Under the pieces are notes generated by a model. It was not told the origin of the DNA and did not search any database. It saw only the letters and a list, made by a program, of their open reading frames with translations. A stretch of DNA of 63,881 nt, filler included, from Octopus bimaculoides (taxonomy: Eukaryota), in assembly GCF_001194135.2 (NCBI RefSeq). It is 9 parts of 8 records of this genome, joined end to end, with 100 filler letters (N's around TTAATTAATTAA, not from the genome) between each part and the next. Parts side by side here need not be neighbours in the genome. Positions count along the whole stretch, not along the records: positions 12,965 to 20,914 come from NC_069007.1; positions 21,015 to 28,887 come from NW_026348423.1; 7 more parts are not named here. One strand, written 5' to 3'. Made by a program: the position numbers and the translations under genes. Shown in pieces: positions 14,195-26,024 of the stretch (its first letter is position 1; each line of letters opens with the position of its first letter).

Positions 14195-14513
14195 GGTACT
14201 CCGTCGGTTACGACGACGGTTCCAGGTGATCCAGTTAACGGAAACAACTTGCTCGTGAAAATAACGCGCGAGTGGCTGGGTATTCCACAGATAAGCATAC
14301 CCTTAACAAAGCTCTCAGGGAGATTCGTTGTGACACAGAATGCGACAAGGCTGGCCCTTTGAATTTACAGGTACAACTCATAACTGTCAATCGACTGGAC
14401 TGAAGCACCGTGAGGAAATGTGTTGCTCAAGGACACAATGCACCAACAGGTATCGAACTCACGACCCCACGATTGTGAGCCGAAAAACCCTAACCTCTCA
14501 GCCACGCGTCTCC
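14195..14513 (-). mobile_element. Third-family SINE with ccgtcggttacgacgac tail
   Basis: Homologous over about 320 bp to 22165-22486 and 38563-38858. Confidence 0.85.
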
Positions 14514-14578
14514 TGTATAGACTTTGAGGCAAAGCGTAGATGGCAGCGAACACAAAGTGACAGTTACAGAGAAGGAGA

Positions 14579-14620
<42 letters not shown>

Positions 14621-15293
14621 AGAGAGGGGAGAGAGAGAGAGGAAAGAGAGAGGGGAGAGAGGGGGAGGGGGGAGAGAGAGGGAGAGACAGAGTGACAATT
14701 GCATTGATCTTGTTGGTACTAATTTTCAGCTTGAGCAGACGAGAGCAATGTGAAATAAAGAGCCACGCTTTGTTCAGGGCCAAAACTTATAACCCGCCCC
14801 AGCAACCTAACCAATGACTTTATTATCATGAGCTCAATAAAACGCTACCTCATGAGCTATCACCCTTAAGATCAACGCCATATTGGATAGATATATGCAC
14901 ACACACACACACACGTGTGTGTGTGTGTGTGTGTGTATTATATATTTAAGGGTCCTTAATTCCCATTCTCCTTATTCACATAACCTCTCTTCGTTCTTAT
15001 TTCTCACGGTTCATCTTAGTATTTACCTCTCTTTCATTTATTTCCCCCCCCTCTCTCCCTCTTTCTCTCTCCCTCTGCCTACGAGTCCTTCTCTTTTGCT
15101 CACTCCTTCTCTCTCATACTTTCTCTCTGTCTCAGTCGATCTCATTCTGTCATTACAGAACTTATATAAACGTCAACCCATCCATCTTATAAGCGCGTGT
15201 ATTCCAGTGAGCAATTCTGTGTATACGAATACGTACGTATGTATGCGCAATTAACATACATACATACATACGTACATATATACATACATAAGC

Positions 15294-15329
<36 letters not shown>

Positions 15330-15531
15330 ATTTACACTCCCACCCACACACACATCCGCGCTCATGCAGATTCAGTGAGCAATTTTTGTTATATTCTTTG
15401 TGCAAATTTTAAATTTACCATTCCCTGATATACTGAAGTTGTAGTAGTAGTAACAGCAGCAGCATCTCCAACACAGCAGTATTGTTATCCGTGGTCCCGG
15501 CTTAATGTAGTCAGTTTTGGCCCATACATAC

Positions 15532-15594
<63 letters not shown>

Positions 15595-16396
15595 GAGTAT
15601 ATGCATATATATGTACATGTATGTACATACATTCATCTACATGTATATATAGATGCATATCTGGGTACATGACGTTGCAAAAAAAAACATGGACAAAAAA
15701 CACACGGGCCACATAGAGAACATGTATGTATGTATGTATGACTATGTATGTAAGGTATGTATATAGAGTGCTTGGAGCATTCCAGCCCGGAAAGGCAATT
15801 CACATCGGAGCTGGCCCATCTTATTTATATCCAAATTGTCTGCTTAGCCATTACGGTTAGACTTCTAAGCGTAATGCCTGAGATCGCACCGCACGGGCTG
15901 AATATCACTTTAAATTTACTAATCCCCTGCAGTAAGAAAAGCGCTTGCAGCTTTGATGAACGGTTTACATAACCACGTGTTTGCTTGTTATTAATCCTCG
16001 TAATCTTTGAGCACAAAGAAACAGCCATCATTATGTATGTATCTATGCATGTACGTGTCTTTTCCTGTATTCTATCTTCTACAATCAGTTTTAAATAGCA
16101 AATATGTAAATATAATTTGTATATCTGCATATACCAACGCTAGGCCGAAACAGCTGTAAGTTTCTGTATATTCTTCAATTGCTAAATGTACTTTATATTT
16201 GTAAACTTAATTGTTAATATAACATGGTATGTCATAAGCATCTGTATATTGTGGTTTTTGTCATTTTAGTTACAAAATAAATAAATAAATTCAATGGAAT
16301 ACACTGTCTGCAAGTCGATGGATACCGCATATTCTCCTCCATTNNNNNNNNNNATATATTTATATACATATATAATTTTCTTTTTTTTTTTTGCAG

Positions 16397-18297
16397 GAAA
16401 TTCCAATGAGAAAGGCATTATGGAATTTCGACTTAGTTCTGGAAGATTTTCGAACGAAATATTAATCAGCGCCGTCCTGAAAGTGTATATAAAGACTAAA
16501 GGAAAAAGGCGGAAACGTCGGATCATTTTGCATGTATGTGAGAAAAACCAAGATGGCACCTTCTTCGAATTTGCGACAGTACGATTAAGAATAAAACAAA
16601 AAGGTTGGCAAGAAATTAATTTGCCGTTTTACTTGTTGAAAAAACTGAAACACGAACCAATTAAGTTACATGTGGAATGTGAAAAGTGCAATAGAAAAGT
16701 ACGTTTGATTTTGCCGAAACGCAGAAAATCGAATAAACCAAAGAAAATGCGTGCATTGATTCCTAATGGTAAACGTTCTCCCATGATAGTGATCAATACA
16801 CGCGAAAATCTGAAGCATCCCTTCCGCAAAAGGAACCGACGGGACATCACATTGCCAGCTGAACTTAATGATACGTTTGATGAAGAAGAAGATATTGTTG
16901 ATGGTTATGATAATGTATATAGGGTAAAATCAATTGAAGAGAAAAGCAAAGCCAACGGTAGTCGGAGTTATACAGTGCGAATGGAAAACAGAGAAGAGGA
17001 AGGAGAAGACGAAGAAGATAATGACAATGATAATGATAGTGGTGGTGATGATGAAGAAAGAGCATCAGGAAAAATGAACGATATGGATGTACAAGATGGT
17101 GGCGGCGACGGTGGCAACACAGACATCAATAGCGGCGGCGTCGGTGGTGGTTTCGGAGGAAATGGTAGACAACGAAACCTTAACCAATGGGAACACGACT
17201 ACGCTGACAGTGGTGGTGGTGGTGGTGGTGGTGGTGGCGGTGGTGAAAAAAACCTCGAAGTTATAAGTGAAGATAGTCGCCACTCGTCACCGTCCGAATC
17301 ATCGGAGGGAGCGACCTATAATGGCGATAGTGATGAACGCCAGTGCTGTTTGACTTCACGTTTCATCTCCTTTCGAAGCATAGGCTTACAACATCTGGTC
17401 GTGGAGCCGGACGCCGGTTTCGTAAGCAGCCATTGCTCCGAAGTCTGCCCTGGATCTTCTGCGCCCGTTAACGGCAGAAAAGGAAAACCTATCTCACGAA
17501 CTACCGTGCAGAACAGAATGCAAACCACTAATGAAAACAGAAGTAATAGCAGTAGTAGTAGTAGCCGCAGTAGTGGTAATAGTAAAATAAATAATAGAGA
17601 TGGTAGCAATGCTATTGATTGTAATAGCAGTAGCAGTACTAATAATAACAATCATAGTAATAATAATATTAGAAATGATAATAATAATTGCAGTAGCAGT
17701 AATAATAATAATAATAATAATAAGCATGCAGAAAGCAAGAGTCAGCATCAACAGCATCAGCACAGTCATCATTATCCACAGCACCACCACCACCACCACC
17801 ATCCCCACCACAACCACAACAACCTCCACCACCATCGGCACCCCCACCCCCAACAGCAACAACAACAACAGCATTACCAACACAGCAATCACAACCACAA
17901 CCACAAACACAACGTCAACACCACCACCACCAACAACAACAACAAACACCACCACCTTCCTCCTTCTTCTTCTTCTTCTCCGCTGCTCCCACTCCCTTCA
18001 AATCCACATCATGGCCATATTCATTTTAAACCGCAACAACAAGTACGAAGGGCAACTAACTCTAACCCTGCGCATACTCCGTGTGCGAAAGGCAGGAACT
18101 GTGAAAGACACACCACATCGCAAACACAGCCGAAAGCGGACAAAGCGGCGACGGCGAGACCAAGGCACATCAAACGCCCTTTAAGATGTCGCCCAACTGC
18201 TTTCAAAAACCTTACAATTGCTTTCCTAACAGAAGATCTCGAAATTGAAAATATGACAATTCCAAATGTTATTGTGACGAAATGCGGTTGCAGATGA
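16397..18297 (+). CDS. Terminal coding exon of a TGF-beta superfamily ligand (activin/inhibin-beta-like): C-terminal prodomain, furin site and an internally expanded cystine-knot domain; 5' exon(s) not found in window
   Basis: A T-rich acceptor (ttttttttttttgcAG, AG at 16395-16396, phase 1) opens a stop-free frame to TGA at 18295-18297. Prodomain-like motifs: LISAVLKVYI, KGWQEINL, LHVECEKC, PMIVIN. Furin site RKRNRR at 16825-16842. Knot N-half: CCLTSRFISFRSIGLQHLVVEPDAGFVSSHCSEVCP (17344-17451). C-half: CRPTAFKNLTIAFLTEDLEIENMTIPNVIVTKCGCR* (18187-18297). The subfamily call is an inference from the CC doublet and the CxxC prodomain motif. Confidence 0.9.
16825..16842 (+). other. Furin/proprotein convertase site (RKRNRR) separating prodomain and mature region
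   Basis: cgc aaa agg aac cga cgg, directly after a PMIVIN-type prodomain end, which is the usual position in TGF-beta precursors. Confidence 0.8.
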
Positions 18298-19657
18298 AAT
18301 ACATAGGGCTGGGAGACAAACTAATAATAATAATAATAATAATAATAATATTAATAATGATAATAATGATGATGATGATGATAAACTAAAATTAAATTTT
18401 AAAAAAATAATTATAATAAAAACAAATAATAATAATGTCGTTGATTAAGATTAAGATGATGATGATGAAAATGACGATGACGATGATGATGATGATTATA
18501 AAAAAATGATATAAAGGTAAAGAAGATAAAAGCAAAAGAAAAAAGAAAAACAAAACACGAAAGAACGATAAATGTGCAATGACAAGGAAACAGTTATTAT
18601 TATTATGATGATGATGATGACGATGACGACGACGACGACAACGTTGATGACGATGACATTTGATGTTATATCGATTGGTGATAGTTACAGTGATAATATG
18701 ATGATCTATGTCAGTGTGGTCTATGTATGCTTTACACTTGTTTTTTTTTTGTTAGTTTGTTGTTGTTATTGTTGTTATTTTAGCCCCTGGTCTGGCCTGC
18801 CCTGATGAACAACCAGCAAACCTTGGATCAAAGCCGATACAGCCGTGAAAAAAAACCTGACTTTACTTTTTTTTTTTCTTTCTTTTTGTGACAAAATGTA
18901 TTTTGGATTACAGGGTAAGATGTAAGACGTGAAAAAAAAAAAATCAAAAAAAAAACAACAATCTACAAAAATGTGATTTCTGGCAGATTTGGCTGCGAAT
19001 TTTAGTGACTCAAAAACTCAAGTTAAAGGAATCGAACTTTTTGTTGACTCGAAGACATTGCGATTTGAGCGGTACTTAACTGCTGTTTCATGCAGATCAA
19101 AAATGTCATGTTGAGACGGTTGATCTCTCATTGGATCATATATGATATGTGAAGCCATTAGCGGGAGATTTAGCGGCTATTTCTGGAAGGACAAAAGTCT
19201 ATGTCGAATAAAATTGATTCTGTAAAGTGTGATTCAGGGTGAGGGATATATATCGCTGCTATTTTTTGCAGATCGAAAATAAAAATGAAATGGAATTAAT
19301 TGGTTCTTCTCGGATGGTTTAGCGTGCCATTTGGGGCACGTTAGTTACTATTCCATGCAGGTCAAAATGCGATGTGGAACGAATCACTTCATTAACACAA
19401 ATACATTATAATTTGAAAAGATTTTGGCTGCTATTTCTCTCAAATACCCATACCACACAAAGGACCTACGGACCATTTGCTCAAGGACGATATGTTGTAA
19501 GGGAGTTTAATGGTTGCAGAACGTGCGCTCACGCAGTGAGCAGTTTGGGTCATAAAAACCTTCATACCAACATTCATTATTTTTTGTGGTTTAGCTTCCA
19601 AGTTACCTCAGGTCTAGCAGACTTACACACAGACACACAGACACACACAGACACACA

Positions 19658-19698
<41 letters not shown>

Positions 19699-20187
19699 AA
19701 AAAGATATCCAGCCATAAACATCTCGTTTTATGACCCATAACGGACTACATTATTTTCCAGTGTATCCTTCATATGTTTAAGACACAACATGTTTGCTAT
19801 TTCTAGGTGTACAAAGTGACTGCATACAAGCACGCCTCAGAATTATAATGTTTTATGATAATCAGGTTAAATTTGCATATTGTTTCTGTTTTTTTTTTCT
19901 TCATCAGTGACAAGAAGGGATTGATAAAAGGGCATGAACAGGAGGAGATATGGCAGCAAAAAGGGGAGGGAATAAGGAGCGAAAGACAGAGAAACCCAAA
20001 TAAAGCTTACCAGAGACGTATATGATTTATAAATGGAAATATTGAACGTATGTATATATGACAAAAATCTAGATGTGATCTGAAAAAAGACAGTTCGGAG
20101 GTGAACATCTTAAAAAATGGAAGGCAATACTGTATTATTGCCGCAATGTCACAAGTAAGAGCTGGCTATATGTGTATGTGTGACGTA

Positions 20188-20231
<44 letters not shown>

Positions 20232-20459
20232 GTAATATAATGTCATATAATATAATATATGTGTGTGTGTAATGTACTACATATGAGTATATATCACGTG
20301 CGTTTGAAAAGGTTTAAAGAAAACGCTTACTTCTCCCTAAAAAAAGGTTAGTAACATCCTCATAAGAGATTTCATAACATTTCTTTTATATAATCACCTG
20401 TACACTTCAAAAATTCTAGTAAGTAATTCTTATGAACTTTCATACATATTCATACATAT

Positions 20460-20913
20460 ATTCATACATATATATATATATATATATAAAATCTATATAC
20501 ATACATATATATAAAATCTCTCTCTATATATATACATATATAAAATCTCTATATATATATATACATATATAAAATCTATATACATACATATATATAAAAT
20601 CTCTATATATATATATACATACATATATATAAAATCTCTCTATATATATACATACATATATATAAAATCTCTATATATATATACATACATATATATAAAA
20701 TCTATATATATGTATACATACATATATATAAAATCTATATATATATATACATACATATATATAAAATCTCTCTATATATATACATACATATATATAAAAT
20801 CTCTCTATATATATACATACATATATATAAAATCTATATATATATATACATACATACATATATATAAAATCTATATATATATATACATACATATATATAA
20901 ATATATACATACA
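20460..20913. repeat. Compound minisatellite of about 13 units: (TA)n-CATACA-(TA)n-AAAATCT-(CT)n
   Basis: 13 occurrences of the aaaatct anchor at roughly 25-38 bp spacing. Confidence 0.9.
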
Positions 20914-21014
20914 TNNNNNNNNNNNNNNNNNNNNNNNNNNNNNNNNNNNNNNNNNNNNTTAATTAATTAANNNNNNNNNNNNNNNNNNNNNNNNNNNNNN
21001 NNNNNNNNNNNNNN

Positions 21015-21514
21015 ACAACCGGAACTGTTAAGGAATTTATAGCTAACACCTTCTTACGTGCATTGAACTCGGGTCTTACGACTGCTCGAACTCTCCTCTC
21101 AGACCCCTTCCGGGTCTTCTCTTTCATGCTTGCATGCTGAATACCAGAACCCTCACTTACTCCGAGGTACTTGTAAGTTTGTTCCTGCTCGAGGTCTTTT
21201 ATGACTTCCCTTTCTGGAAAGTGGCCTTGGCACGTTTAACAAACCCAAATTCCATCTCAGTGTCATCACTGAATGCTTTTTTACAGTACATAGTAGTTCT
21301 TCAATCTCATTATCGTCTTCGCCATAGAGTTTTAAGTCATCCATATAAAATAGATGACTTATTTTCTTGTCTCCGATTTTATATTCATACCTTGTTCTGT
21401 TAAGTTTACTTGTACGGGGTATTAGGGCTATGCAGCAAATTAAAGGTGAAAGTGAGTCACCTTAGAAAATGCCGCAGCTGGTATCGATATTTTTTGCCCA
21501 GGCATAATCACACA
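21015..21514 (-). mobile_element. R4/Dong-like LINE RT fragment
   Basis: (HL.Y)MDDLKLYGEDDNEIEELLCTVK...FGF.KRAK, the characteristic YMDDLKLY RT motif of this clade. Confidence 0.85.
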
Positions 21515-21951
21515 NNNNNNNNNNNNNNNNNNNNNNNNNNNNNNNNNNNNNNNNNNNNNNNNNNNNNNNNNNNNNNNNNNNNNNNNNNNNNNNNNNNNNN
21601 NNNNNNNNNNNNNNNNNNNNNNNNNNNNNNNNNNNNNNNNNNNNNNNNNNNNNNNNNNNNNNNNNNNNNNNNNNNNNNNNNNNNNNNNNNNNNNNNNNNN
21701 NNNNNNNNNNNNNNNNNNNNNNNNNNNNNNNNNNNNNNNNNNNNNNNNNNNNNNNNNNNNNNNNNNNNNNNNNNNNNNNNNNNNNNNNNNNNNNNNNNNN
21801 NNNNNNNNNNNNNNNNNNNNNNNNNNNNNNNNNNNNNNNNNNNNNNNNNNNNNNNNNNNNNNNNNNNNNNNNNNNNNNNNNNNNNNNNNNNNNNNNNNNN
21901 NNNNNNNNNNNNNNNNNNNNNNNNNNNNNNNNNNNNNNNNNNNNNNNNNNN

Positions 21952-21988
<37 letters not shown>

Positions 21989-22164
21989 TATATGAGAGTG
22001 TCTTTCTGCTTGCGTTCACTAAATCCCAACACAAGGATTTTATCTGCCCGAGGGTAGAGTAGTAGAAGACACTTACCCAGCGTACCTCGCGGTGGGAGTG
22101 AACCCGGATCTATGTGGTCGAAAAGTGAATTTAGGTCCAAAGTTTCCTTGTAATCCTGTCTGAT

Positions 22165-22486
22165 GGCACTCCGTCGGTTACGACGACGCGTGTTCCAGTT
22201 GATCCGATCAACGGAACATCTTGCTCGAGAAATTAAACGTGAATTGGCTGAGTACTCCACAGATATGAGTACTCTTAACGTAGTTCTGAGAGAAATTCAG
22301 CAAGATGCAGAATTTGCACAAGACCGGCCCTTTGAAATGCAAGGGGCTACTCATTTCAGCCAGCTGAGTGGACTAGAGAAAGTTGAAATAAATTACCTTG
22401 CTCAAGACACAACGCGCTACCGGGGTATCGAACTCGTGACCTTACTATTGTGAGCTGAATACCCCTAAGCACTTAGCCACGCCCCT
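22165..22486 (-). mobile_element. Third-family SINE
   Basis: Shares the ggcactccgtcggttacgacgac tail and the cttgctcaagacacaacgc core with 14195 and 38563. Confidence 0.85.
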
Positions 22487-22678
22487 TTCCGCCTGATGCT
22501 ATGTGTTATCCAGGAATTGTATCCATGGTGATGTTTGCAGATGGAACTGATTGAGATGTAGCGCAGATATAATATATTTGAAAATACACTATTTGGAATG
22601 GAAGTTTTAGAAATAAAGTTGTCTTCTTCAAATATTAAGGTTGTAGAAGCAGCAGCAGCAGCAGCAGCAGCACTAGTG

Positions 22679-22737
<59 letters not shown>

Positions 22738-22789
22738 CTCTTGTACTCGCATAAATCTATGAATTTAAGCATGGTTATTTTACTCCTGT

Positions 22790-23140
22790 GATTCTCAACT
22801 GGCATCCATTTTCCCCCCTGTGATCCCTATGAGATGCTTTGTTGGGGTAGAGGGGCTCCGTGCATGTAAAATAGTAAATTGGGATCCAGAGTAGCATTAA
22901 AAGACGACCCCTTCGGTCATGAATAGCCTCGGCATTGCACCTAGGATGTTCCCCTCTGCGAGAGAAGTCCTTGCAAGGTTGTTTACGGCTGACCAGCAGT
23001 CGCCCATGCCTGCCAGTCTCCCCTCTCCACGCCACCGATGTTACTCAAAGGAAAGGCAAAGGGGCCGATACAGCTCGGCACCAATGACCTTGCAACTCAT
23101 TTCTACAACTGAATGAACTGGAGCAAAGCACATATTGCTC
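22790..23140 (-). mobile_element. SINE-like repeat with a different 3' tail
   Basis: Ends in the shared actcatttctacaactgaatgaactggagcaa core; the tail gacgaccccttcggtcatgaat...gaccagcagtcgcccatgc differs from other copies. Confidence 0.55.
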
Positions 23141-23154
23141 AAATCACGAAGGGA

Positions 23155-23356
23155 AATTTTGGCACAAGGCCAGTAATTTCGGGGGAAAGGGTAAATTGAT
23201 AACATCGTCCCCAGCACTCAACTTGTACTTACTTTATCGACCCCGAAAGTACGAAAGGCAAAGTAGACCTCGGCGGAATTCGGACTCAGAACCTAAAGAC
23301 TTATGAAATGCCGCTAAGCATTCTGCGCGGTAACGATTCTGCCAGCTCGTCGCCTT
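23155..23356 (-). mobile_element. OR-like SINE
   Basis: tttatcgaccccgaaag...aggcaaagtagacctcggcggaattcggactcagaac...gattctgccagctcgtcgcctt. Confidence 0.85.
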
Positions 23357-23384
23357 AACACAAAGGGAAATATTACAGCACAAA

Positions 23385-23580
23385 ATATAGTGGTTTTGTC
23401 TCATCCCCCTCATTCCCCTGGTTTTGCTCCATCTGACTACCATCTTTTCAAACCATTCCAACGTTGTTTAGAGAGGAGACATTTTGTCAATTGTGATGAG
23501 GTCACAAACAGTATCGAATGTTCCTTTCGTTCGAAACCTGAAGAGCTTCACGTCCCAAGAATCAACTATTTGCCAAACTC
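23385..23580 (+). mobile_element. Mariner transposase C-terminal fragment
   Basis: VLSHPPHSPGFAPSDYHLF matches the mariner HPPYSPDLAPSDYHLF motif, followed by F.SKPEE....I..LP. Confidence 0.85.
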
Positions 23581-25324
23581 AATCTCGGCGCTACTTTGAA
23601 CTCAGAACCGTGAAGGGAGACTAAATGCCATTAAGTATTCTACCTGGTGTGCTAACGATTCTGCCAGTTCGCCACCTTAAAGAAAGGAAATAGTAATTTG
23701 ATTAAATATATAAATCAAATTCCCAAAGATGGATTTGCTATTACTGATATTCATCCTGTTATTTTTGCTGTTAGTGTTGTTGTTGTTGTTATTGTCGTTA
23801 CTTTTATTATTTTCCAGGTTTGGAAACAGCTGATTCCATGGGCATCTTCATCCGCTTGGAATAGTAACTAACCAATCAAAAGAGCTGTTTTATACAACGT
23901 GACCATACGGCTTCTGTCAATGGAATTCACTCACAAATAATTAGTTGTATAAGAAAACGGACTATAAGTAGAAGACCCTTGTCTAAGGTGCTCCACAGTA
24001 GGATTGAACCNNNNNNNNNNNNNNNNNNNNNNNNNNNNNNNNNNNNNNNNNNNNNNNNNNNNNNNNNNNNNNNNNNNNNNNNNNNNNNNNNNNNNNNNNN
24101 NNNNNNNNNNNNNNNNNNNNNNNNNNNNNNNNNNNNNNNNNNNNNNNNNNNNNNNNNNNNNNNNNNNNNNNNNNNNNNNNNNNNNNNNNNNNNNNNNNNN
24201 NNNNNNNNNNNNNNNNNNNNNNNNNNNNNNNNNNNNNNNNNNNNNNNNNNNNNNNNNNNNNNNNNNNNNNNNNNNNNNNNNNNNNNNNNNNNNNNNNNNN
24301 NNNNNNNNNNNNNNNNNNNNNNNNNNNNNNNNNNNNNNNNNNNNNNNNNNNNNNNNNNNNNNNNNNNNNNNNNNNNNNNNNNNNNNNNNNNNNNNNNNNN
24401 NNNNNNNNNNNNNNNNNNNNNNNNNNNNNNNNNNNNNNNNNNNNNNNNNNNNNNNNNNNNNNNNNNNNNNNNNNNNNNNNNNNNNNNNNNNNNNNNNNNN
24501 NNNNNNNNNNNNNNNNNNNNNNNNNNNNNNNNNNNNNNNNNNNNNNNNNNNNNNNNNNNNNNNNNNNNNNNNNNNNNNNNNNNNNNNNNNNNNNNNNNNN
24601 NNNNNNNNNNNNNNNNNNNNNNNNNNNNNNNNNNNNNNNNNNNNNNNNNNNNNNNNNNNNNNNNNNNNNNNNNNNNNACGGCTTCTGTCAATGGAATTCA
24701 CTCACAAATAATTAGTTGTATAAGAAAACGGACTATAAGTAGAAGACCCTTGTCTAAGGTGCTCCACAGTAGGATTGAACCCGAAAGCACTTGGCTGCAA
24801 AGCAAGCTTCTTAACTATACCACAACGCCAGCATCTGTTGTGTGTGTATGTACATGTGTATGTAAGCGTATTATGTGTGTGTGCGTGTGTGAATGTGCAT
24901 GTGTGTGTGTGTGCCTGCGCGCGCCTGTGTGCATGTGTGTATGTGTGTCTGTGTGTGTGTTTGTGTGTGTGTCTCTGTGTGTGCGTGTGTGTATGTGCAA
25001 GTGTATGTATGTGCATTTATGTGTGTGGGGGAGGGGTGTATGTGAGTGTCCCAGAATTAACTATCTATTTCAGTGAAACTCAGCTTTATTTGCTGAAAAA
25101 TGATGACACTCTTTCTTTTTTATGACGCTTCTTCTTTTTTTGTGTTTTTTTGCTTCTATATCTTCTGGAGGAGTTACCTCAATCCTAAAAATGTTAACCA
25201 AAATGAAGTGAATTGGCACGTTTCTTTTTTGAACCTGTGGAAGAACCAGGAAATGTTGAAATATCGTTCACCTGATGACAATGGCACATCTTTTTTTGTA
25301 AATAATAATAATAATAAAAATAAT

Positions 25325-25367
<43 letters not shown>

Positions 25368-25988
25368 TCAATCCTTGCTGTTAAAGGCAAGAGGCCTGAA
25401 ATTTGGGGGGTATGATGTTAAAGTGTACTCGTTTGTGGAGACTCGACATGGGAATAAGAGGTTAGCCTAAACGATAATTATATTTATGTTATCCTTGGCC
25501 AAGTTGTAGTACCTGTAAGCACACCTGGTGACCCTGAAATACCAGGTTGATATATGGTGTGTCAGGCAACCCCTCCAGGGTTGATGTCGTAATAAAAATA
25601 TCTGTGGTTGAATCACCTTATCACCGCAACCTCACTAAGAGCGAAAATATCAAATACAAATGTTGCGAACAACGAGGTGAGTGACATTGGAACTGATAAC
25701 AGTGAACNNNNNNNNNNNNNNNNNNNNNNNNNNNNNNNNNNNNNNNNNNNNNNNNNNNNNNNNNNNNNNNNNNNNNNNNNNNNNNNNNNNNNNNNNNNNN
25801 NNNNNNNNNNNNNNNNNNNNNNNNNNNNNNNNNNNNNNNNNNNNNNNNNNNNNNNNNNNNNNNNNNNNNNNNNNNNNNNNNNNNNNNNNNNNNNNNNNNN
25901 NNNNNNNNNNNNNNNNNNNNNNNNNNNNNNNNNNNNNNNNNNNNNNNNNNNNNNNNNNNNNNNNNNNNNNNNNNNNNNNNNNNNNNNN

Positions 25989-26024
<36 letters not shown>

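Noticed and set aside
16110-16165. Possible hammerhead (ggccgaaacagctgta)
   Set aside because: There is no CUGANGA core or stem I pairing.
16294-16396. ORF-track start Met for the 667-aa TGF-beta ORF
   Set aside because: The segment crosses a gap and a poly-T acceptor tract and has no signal peptide, so it is treated as intron.
17449-18186. Explaining the TGF-beta insert as an intron
   Set aside because: There is no strong donor after CP and no acceptor near the second knot half, the frame stays open, and the repeats are triplet-only. This is disfavoured but needs RNA evidence.
16629-18206. Antisense and alternative-frame ORFs overlapping the TGF-beta exon
   Set aside because: They are by-products of triplet repeats in the real CDS.
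20460-20913. CRISPR-like array
   Set aside because: Eukaryotic context, and the spacers are not unique but microsatellite.
23907-24781. Exact direct repeats flanking gaps (23907-24010/24678-24781; 26188-26211/26222-26245; 31761-31799/31810-31848; 33147-33195/33206-33254)
   Set aside because: Identical sequence on both sides of a gap indicates unmerged contig overlaps, not LTRs or TSDs.
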